Source: a bacterium (lineage in GTDB: Bacteria > Zhuqueibacterota > Zhuqueibacteria > Residuimicrobiales > Krinioviventaceae). Taken from it: 32,000 nucleotides of DNA. The notes beneath the pieces are model-generated. The model was not told the origin of the DNA and did not search any database. It saw only the letters and a program-made list of their open reading frames with translations. The stretch is taken from NCBI GenBank assembly GCA_963674595.2, contig CAXXFV010000015.1:107527-139526 (forward strand), read 5' to 3'. Position 1 is the stretch's first letter. Each line of letters begins with the position of its first letter. Both the position numbers and the translations under genes were made by a program. Positions 27,040 to 32,000 of this stretch are shown one piece after another.

Positions 27040-28107
27040 GTGATTGATAAACTTGATAATGTATTAGACAGATATACTGAATTAGAGAAAAAACTTGGTG
27101 ATCCCCAAATTATCTCCAACCCCAATGTTTATAAGGAAGTAGCAAGAGAAGAAAAAGAACTTGCTCCCATTGTTCAGGCTATTCGAAAATATAAAAAATT
27201 GATAAATAATATTGAGGGTAATAAAGAGATTATAAAATCCGGTGAAGACCAAGAACTTGCTGAACTGGCGGAACTGGAACTTGAGGAAATGGAAGAACGA
27301 TGTGTTGAGATGGAAGATGAGCTAAAGATTTTATTGATTCCTAAAGATCCGCAGGATTTTCGCAACGCTGTTGTGGAAATACGTGCCGGTACCGGTGGTG
27401 ATGAAGCCGGATTGTTTGCCGGGGATTTGTATAGAATGTATCAACGATTCGCTGAAAATAACCGCTGGAAAATTGAAGTGTTGAGTTTAAACACTCAGGG
27501 TATCGGTGGATTTCGAGAAGTTATATTTTTAATGTCAGGTGATGAAGTATATGGTCAAATGAAATTTGAAGCGGGCGTTCATCGCGTTCAGCGTGTTCCG
27601 CAAACAGAAACCAGCGGACGAATACATACCTCCGCCGCTTCTGTGGCCGTGTTACCGGAAGCTGAAGATATTGATGTGGACATTGCCCCGAATGATTTAC
27701 GTATTGATGTATACAGGTCCAGCGGACCTGGCGGACAAAGTGTTAATACAACAGATTCTGCTGTCCGTGTAACCCATATTCCAACCGGTTTGGTTGTTAC
27801 CTGTCAGGATGAAAAATCGCAGCACAAAAACCGTGCAAAAGCGCTCAAAGTTTTGAGAGCGCGTTTATACGATAAAGCGATGGAAGAGGAACAAGCCAAA
27901 TTAACTGCCGAAAGAAGGTCTATGGTAAGTACAGGTGACCGCAGCGCAAAAATACGAACTTATAATTTTCCACAAGGCCGGGTTACCGACCATCGAATCA
28001 ATTTAACTTTATATCGGTTGGATGAGATATTGCAAGGTGACCTTGTCGAAATAATTGAAAATTTAAAAATCGCCGATCGTGCCGAAAAGCTTAAATATTT
28101 GGAATAA
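27040..28107 (+). CDS. prfA: peptide chain release factor 1
   Basis: 355 aa with GTG start. RF1-type PxT motif (PQT), GGQ motif SGPGGQSVN, and canonical flanks (RVTHIPTG, QDEKSQHKN). Confidence 0.95.
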   Translation: MIDKLDNVLDRYTELEKKLGDPQIISNPNVYKEVAREEKELAPIVQAIRKYKKLINNIEGNKEIIKSGEDQELAELAELELEEMEERCVEMEDELKILLIPKDPQDFRNAVVEIRAGTGGDEAGLFAGDLYRMYQRFAENNRWKIEVLSLNTQGIGGFREVIFLMSGDEVYGQMKFEAGVHRVQRVPQTETSGRIHTSAASVAVLPEAEDIDVDIAPNDLRIDVYRSSGPGGQSVNTTDSAVRVTHIPTGLVVTCQDEKSQHKNRAKALKVLRARLYDKAMEEEQAKLTAERRSMVSTGDRSAKIRTYNFPQGRVTDHRINLTLYRLDEILQGDLVEIIENLKIADRAEKLKYLE

Positions 28108-28112
28108 AAATA

Positions 28113-29024
28113 TTGTCAACTCAGCAGAATATTCAAAAAAAGTGGAAATTAATAGAACTTTTGAATTGGTCTTCAGATTACCTTTCAACTAAAGGATTTG
28201 AAAACAGCCGTCTGAATGCTGAGTGTTTGCTGGCCCATTCGCTTAATTTAAAGCGAATGGAGATTTATTTAAATTTTGACAGACCGTTGAATCCCGAAGA
28301 GCTAGCCGAATATAAAATTTTATTAAAACGGCGACTGGCCCATGAACCTCTTCAGTATATCCTTGGTTCAACTGAATTTTATTCTTTACCTTTTATTGTT
28401 GAACTTGGAGTACTCATTCCCAGACCGGAAACAGAAATTTTAGTTGATAACGTTCTTTCGTTGTGTCAAAAAAACTTTGCAACTCAACCTGAAATTCAAA
28501 TCCTTGATGTCGGATGTGGGTCCGGAAATATTTCCGTTTCTCTTGCAAAAAACCTTGCTAATGCTAAAGTGGTTTCTGTCGATAAATCTGACAAGGCGCT
28601 TGAAATCGCTCAAAAAAACGCTGAGATTAATGGTGTTCAAAATCAGGTACGTTTTTTTAAGCAAGATGCTCTTGGCATTTGGCCTGAAACATTGAAGAAT
28701 TTTTTTGACATTGTTGTTTCCAATCCACCTTATGTCAGTGAACCGGATTATTCAAATTTAGCTGATGAAATTAAAATTTATGAACCAAAATTGGCTTTAA
28801 CAGCCGGACAAGATGGTCTTGACTTTTACCGTTCTTTTTCTGAAATTCTAAAAGGTTTGTTAAAAAATAATAGTTTTGCTTTTTTTGAAATGGGCGATGG
28901 TCAAGCCCGGTCTGTAGGTAATATTTTTACTCAAAAAGCATTTCAGGAGCTTGAAATATTTAAAGATTTAACCGGTCGTGACCGTATTATTTCTATACTG
29001 AAAACTGCTAAAGGAGAAGAGTAA
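28113..29024 (+). CDS. prmC: release factor glutamine N5-methyltransferase PrmC
   Basis: 303 aa with TTG start. SAM motif LDVGCGSGNIS, catalytic NPPY (SNPPYV), EPLQYILG box. Immediately downstream of prfA. Confidence 0.9.
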   Translation: MSTQQNIQKKWKLIELLNWSSDYLSTKGFENSRLNAECLLAHSLNLKRMEIYLNFDRPLNPEELAEYKILLKRRLAHEPLQYILGSTEFYSLPFIVELGVLIPRPETEILVDNVLSLCQKNFATQPEIQILDVGCGSGNISVSLAKNLANAKVVSVDKSDKALEIAQKNAEINGVQNQVRFFKQDALGIWPETLKNFFDIVVSNPPYVSEPDYSNLADEIKIYEPKLALTAGQDGLDFYRSFSEILKGLLKNNSFAFFEMGDGQARSVGNIFTQKAFQELEIFKDLTGRDRIISILKTAKGEE

Positions 29025-30403
29025 TGAATGCAAGCATTTTTCGTGAATATGATATTCGTGGTATCGTTGAAACTGATTTTTCTGATGAGGTTGTAAGAAA
29101 CCTTGGCAAGGCATTTGGTACAGTTATGCGGCAGCGTAATTACAGCACAATTGCCGTAGGCTATGATCTTCGGTTGTCTTCACCTCATTTACAAAAAATA
29201 TACGTGGAAGGGCTTGTTTCCACAGGTTTGAATGTGGTTAATATCGGACAAGTTACCACCCCTGCCCTTTATTTTTCAATATTACACCTTGAGATGGATG
29301 GTGGTGTTATGATTACCGGAAGCCATAATCCCATAGAATTTAATGGTTTTAAAATGTGTGAAGGTGTCGGATCATTTTATGGTAAAGATATTCAATTGCT
29401 GAAACAAATGATTCTGGAAAATAAATTGAAATCTGATACACCCGGTATGGTTAAAAATGTAGATATTATGCCGGATTACCTGAATATGCTCAAAACAAAA
29501 TTTAATTTTCCTAAAAAGTTAAAAGTGGTTATTGATGCGGGAAATGCAACAGCCGGACCTATAGCTCCGTCCTTATGGCAGGACCTTGGAATGGAAGTTA
29601 TTCCTTTATATTGTGAGCCGGATGGCAGTTTTCCAAACCATTTGCCTGACCCATCTGTTCCGAAATATATGGCTGATTTAATGGCTAAAGTTTTGGAAGA
29701 GGGTGCAGACCTTGGAATCGGTTATGACGGTGACTCCGACCGTGTCGGTACCATTGATGATAAAGGACGAATGGTCTTTGCAGATACCCTGCTTTCCTTG
29801 TTTAGTGGTGATGTGTTGAAGCGAAAGCCAGGCGCACAGATTATTTTTGATGTGAAATGCTCGCAAGCTGTGCCTGAGGTTATCCAACAACTTGGTGGAA
29901 AACCTGTCATGTGGAAAACCGGGCATTCAATAATAAAAGCAAAAATGAAAGAAATAAAATCACCTTTTGCCGGAGAAATGTCGGGCCACATGTTTTTTGC
30001 GGATGATTATTATGGCTTTGATGATGGTATTTATGCATCAGGCCGAATATTGGAAATTATTTCAAATAGCGACAAGAAATTTTCAGAACTTGTTGATGAA
30101 ATTCCTAAATTCGTATCAACCCCTGAAATTCGTGTAAAATGTGCAGATGAGTACAAGTTTGATGTCGTTGCTAAACTGGTTAAAGATTTTTCAGCCTCCT
30201 ATGAGACCATAGATATCGACGGTGCACGGGTACAGTTTGGTGACGGGTGGGGCCTTGTAAGAGCTTCCAATACGGAACCAACGCTTGTATTACGCTTTGA
30301 AGCGAAAACAAAAGAAAGATTGGAAGAAATTGTAGAAATATTTAAAAACAAACTCGGACAGTTTTCCACTGTAAAAATGAATGAAACTGATTTTAAAATC
30401 TAA
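29024..30403 (+). CDS. phosphomannomutase/phosphoglucomutase (alpha-D-phosphohexomutase family)
   Basis: 459 aa with active-site serine loop TGSHNP, Mg loop GYDGDSDR, sugar loop GEMSGH, phosphate loop RASNTEP. ATG overlaps the prmC stop (TAATG). Confidence 0.9.
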   Translation: MNASIFREYDIRGIVETDFSDEVVRNLGKAFGTVMRQRNYSTIAVGYDLRLSSPHLQKIYVEGLVSTGLNVVNIGQVTTPALYFSILHLEMDGGVMITGSHNPIEFNGFKMCEGVGSFYGKDIQLLKQMILENKLKSDTPGMVKNVDIMPDYLNMLKTKFNFPKKLKVVIDAGNATAGPIAPSLWQDLGMEVIPLYCEPDGSFPNHLPDPSVPKYMADLMAKVLEEGADLGIGYDGDSDRVGTIDDKGRMVFADTLLSLFSGDVLKRKPGAQIIFDVKCSQAVPEVIQQLGGKPVMWKTGHSIIKAKMKEIKSPFAGEMSGHMFFADDYYGFDDGIYASGRILEIISNSDKKFSELVDEIPKFVSTPEIRVKCADEYKFDVVAKLVKDFSASYETIDIDGARVQFGDGWGLVRASNTEPTLVLRFEAKTKERLEEIVEIFKNKLGQFSTVKMNETDFKI

Positions 30404-30440
30404 TTCATCTTATTAAAACAACGCCTGAAAGGAGCAAGAA

Positions 30441-31097
30441 ATGAAAAAAATCGCCTTATCCATTTTAGCCGTCGGTATTATTTTACTATCAAGTTGTGCT
30501 TCCGGTGTTAAAAGTTTTAAAGAGCCAACAACTGGTGATACAATGCTGGTGGTTGGTCGTGTTTTGGTTGAGGATAATTATTTTTCTCAGGAAATTGGTG
30601 TTTATAAAGCCAGTATTGAAGTTGCCGTTTTGGGTAAAACCGATGCGGGAAAAGAAGTGGGTTTCTGGACGATAACCGATAAAGAAGGTTATTTTGCATT
30701 AGGCGACGTTCCCAAAGGTGAATATGTCATCAAGGGTATTCGTGCCATGGTAGGGAGAGGATCCCAGGTTACGATTACAAATCGTTTGAGGCTGTCGACC
30801 GATCCTTATTCAATTACAAAAAAGGCATCCATTCTTTTTGACGGCAACTATTTCCCTTATGAAGCGAATGGCCGAATTTTAAGCTTGCAGCAAAATATTT
30901 TTCGGTTGGACCAAATGAGCAACCAGACCAACCAGGTTAATTATCAGGTCCGTTTTAAACTGGAAGATTTTGAGCTTGTTGATGGTACAACATTAAATGA
31001 CGACTCGGTAGAAAATTATTATTTACAAAAATATCCTGATACCTCCTGGAAGTCGGAACTTGAAGCAAGTGCTAAAATCCAAAAATTTCGTCGATAA
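30441..31097 (+). CDS. lipoprotein of unknown function with a carboxypeptidase-regulatory-like beta-sandwich segment
   Basis: Signal peptide plus lipobox (ILLSSC). TDKEGYFALGDVPKGEYVIKG resembles CarboxypepD_reg-type folds. GGAGCAAGAA-ATG start context. Confidence 0.65.
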   Translation: MKKIALSILAVGIILLSSCASGVKSFKEPTTGDTMLVVGRVLVEDNYFSQEIGVYKASIEVAVLGKTDAGKEVGFWTITDKEGYFALGDVPKGEYVIKGIRAMVGRGSQVTITNRLRLSTDPYSITKKASILFDGNYFPYEANGRILSLQQNIFRLDQMSNQTNQVNYQVRFKLEDFELVDGTTLNDDSVENYYLQKYPDTSWKSELEASAKIQKFRR

Positions 31098-31114
31098 TCC
31101 ATACGAATCTTGAT

Positions 31115-32000
31115 ATGAATTCTTTAAATAAAAGGGTTTCCGAACTTTTTGTTTCGGAACCCTTTCATGCTTTTAAAGCAAAAGAAGTTGCGAAAAGATT
31201 AAAAATCCCTCAACACCAATACAAAGAGTTACGAACGCTGTTGAAAGAGTTGGTGCGGCAGGGAAATATCATTCGCATTAAAAAAAATCGCTACACAGCC
31301 GGTAAAAGCTCCTCAGAAGTGACAGGACAATTACAGGTGAGTTCGCAGGGATACGGATTTGTCCTTCAGGACGGTGATGATATATTTATCAGTCAAAAAA
31401 ACATGGGGAAGGCTTTTCATAAGGACACGGTTTGTGTTCGTTTGTTTGCCGGTTCGGCTGGTAAAAAACCTGAAGGGATCGTTGTTGATGTGTTGCAACG
31501 TTACAGAACAAAAATTGTCGGCACCTTGCGTCAGGGCCGAAAACAGAGTTACGTTATTCCTGACGATTTAAAGATCCACAAGGATATTGTCGTAACCAAT
31601 GATTATGATTTACATGCTTTTGACGGCCAAAAAGTGGTGTGTCAAATAGACGAATGGGAGCACCAGCAACTGAGCCCTGTCGGCCATATTCTTGAGGTGC
31701 TGGGGTATCCTGAGGAAAAGGATGTGGACATTCAATCTATTATTCATGGATTTGACTTGTCGTCTGATTTTCCATCCAAGCTTTCTCGTGAAATTAAAAA
31801 TATTCCAAAATCAATTCCGGATAAAGAAGTAGATGGTCGTCTTGATTTAACAGAAAAGATCATTTTTACCATCGACCCGGAAGATGCCAAAGATTTTGAT
31901 GATGCAGTTTCGCTGGAAAAACTGCCCAATGAAAATTATCTATTAGGGGTGCATATTGCGGATGTAAGTTATTATGTTTCTGAAAACAGCCCTGTTGATA
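31115..32000 (+). CDS. rnr: ribonuclease R, N-terminal 295 codons (continues past the right edge)
   Basis: Open frame from ATG 31115 to the window end; absent from the ORF track because it is open-ended. N-terminal HTH-like region, cold-shock-like domain (GYGFVLQDGDDIFI), and the start of the RNB domain (FTIDPEDAKDFDDAVS...GVHIADVSYYV). Confidence 0.88.
   Translation, partial: MNSLNKRVSELFVSEPFHAFKAKEVAKRLKIPQHQYKELRTLLKELVRQGNIIRIKKNRYTAGKSSSEVTGQLQVSSQGYGFVLQDGDDIFISQKNMGKAFHKDTVCVRLFAGSAGKKPEGIVVDVLQRYRTKIVGTLRQGRKQSYVIPDDLKIHKDIVVTNDYDLHAFDGQKVVCQIDEWEHQQLSPVGHILEVLGYPEEKDVDIQSIIHGFDLSSDFPSKLSREIKNIPKSIPDKEVDGRLDLTEKIIFTIDPEDAKDFDDAVSLEKLPNENYLLGVHIADVSYYVSENSPVD
31131..31165 (+). other. 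strong RNA hairpin inside the first 17 codons of rnr
   Basis: AAAGGGTTTCCGAA (31131-31144) pairs with TTCGGAACCCTTT (31153-31165). 13 bp with one bulged T and an 8-nt loop CTTTTTGT. Confidence 0.5.

Noticed and set aside
31359-31571. 70-aa plus-strand ORF, the only ORF-track entry in the 31.1-32.0 kb region besides a minus-strand shadow.
   Set aside because: It is an alternative frame inside the open-ended RNase R gene (31115 to the window end). The RNB and cold-shock-like motifs of RNase R are unambiguous.
1-32000. Search for CRISPR repeats, IS or transposase genes, integrases, phage genes, toxin-antitoxin pairs, restriction-modification or other defence modules, and long direct or inverted repeats.
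   Set aside because: Every ORF above ~100 aa has a confident housekeeping or envelope assignment or is an antisense shadow. No repeat-spacer periodicity or terminal inverted repeats were seen by eye. I cannot rule out short dispersed repeats without a computational self-alignment.

Overview
This moderately AT-rich bacterial window is almost entirely core housekeeping genes. I found no CRISPR array, transposase, integrase, phage or recognisable defence genes. After one divergent, truncated gene at the left edge (1-496, minus strand), every feature from 917 to 32000 is on the plus strand.

Gene order:
- A mixed RNA/protein cluster: tRNA-Glu(CUC), tRNA-Arg(ACG), tadA, tRNA-Ser(CGA), tRNA-Ser(GGA), tRNA-Ala(CGC) and a large Alu-domain SRP RNA.
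- Replication and repair: dnaX, ybaB, recR, pgpA, cinA, thpR, recA, recX, a Cys/Met PLP enzyme, and alaS.
- Envelope and signalling: a GGGP-synthase-family prenyltransferase, a PHP-type tyrosine phosphatase, gmhA, a BatA-domain/vWA membrane protein, hflX (frameshifted), a sigma54 NtrC-type response regulator, and a secreted beta-propeller protein.
- Translation and other: folC, an orphan MalK-type ABC ATPase, rho, rpmE, DUF1385, prfA, prmC, a phosphohexomutase, a lipoprotein, and the 5' part of rnr.

Several blocks match syntenies known from Bacillus, E. coli and Deinococcus. The BatA-domain protein, Reg_prop propeller and group-II-like GGGPS hint at an FCB-superphylum or related candidate-phylum organism, with low confidence.

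Most notable observations:
1. hflX and the adjacent BatA-like gene each carry a compensating +1/-1 indel pair.
2. dnaX has an in-phase A AAA AAG / A9 slippery tract at the domain III/IV junction, with immediate stops in both alternative frames.
3. tadA is embedded in a tRNA cluster 23 nt downstream of its substrate tRNA-Arg(ACG).
4. A bacterial GGGPS homologue is present.
5. An orphan sigma54 regulator sits next to a stand-alone sensor-type propeller.

I do not see a clear novel multi-gene system such as a defence island.
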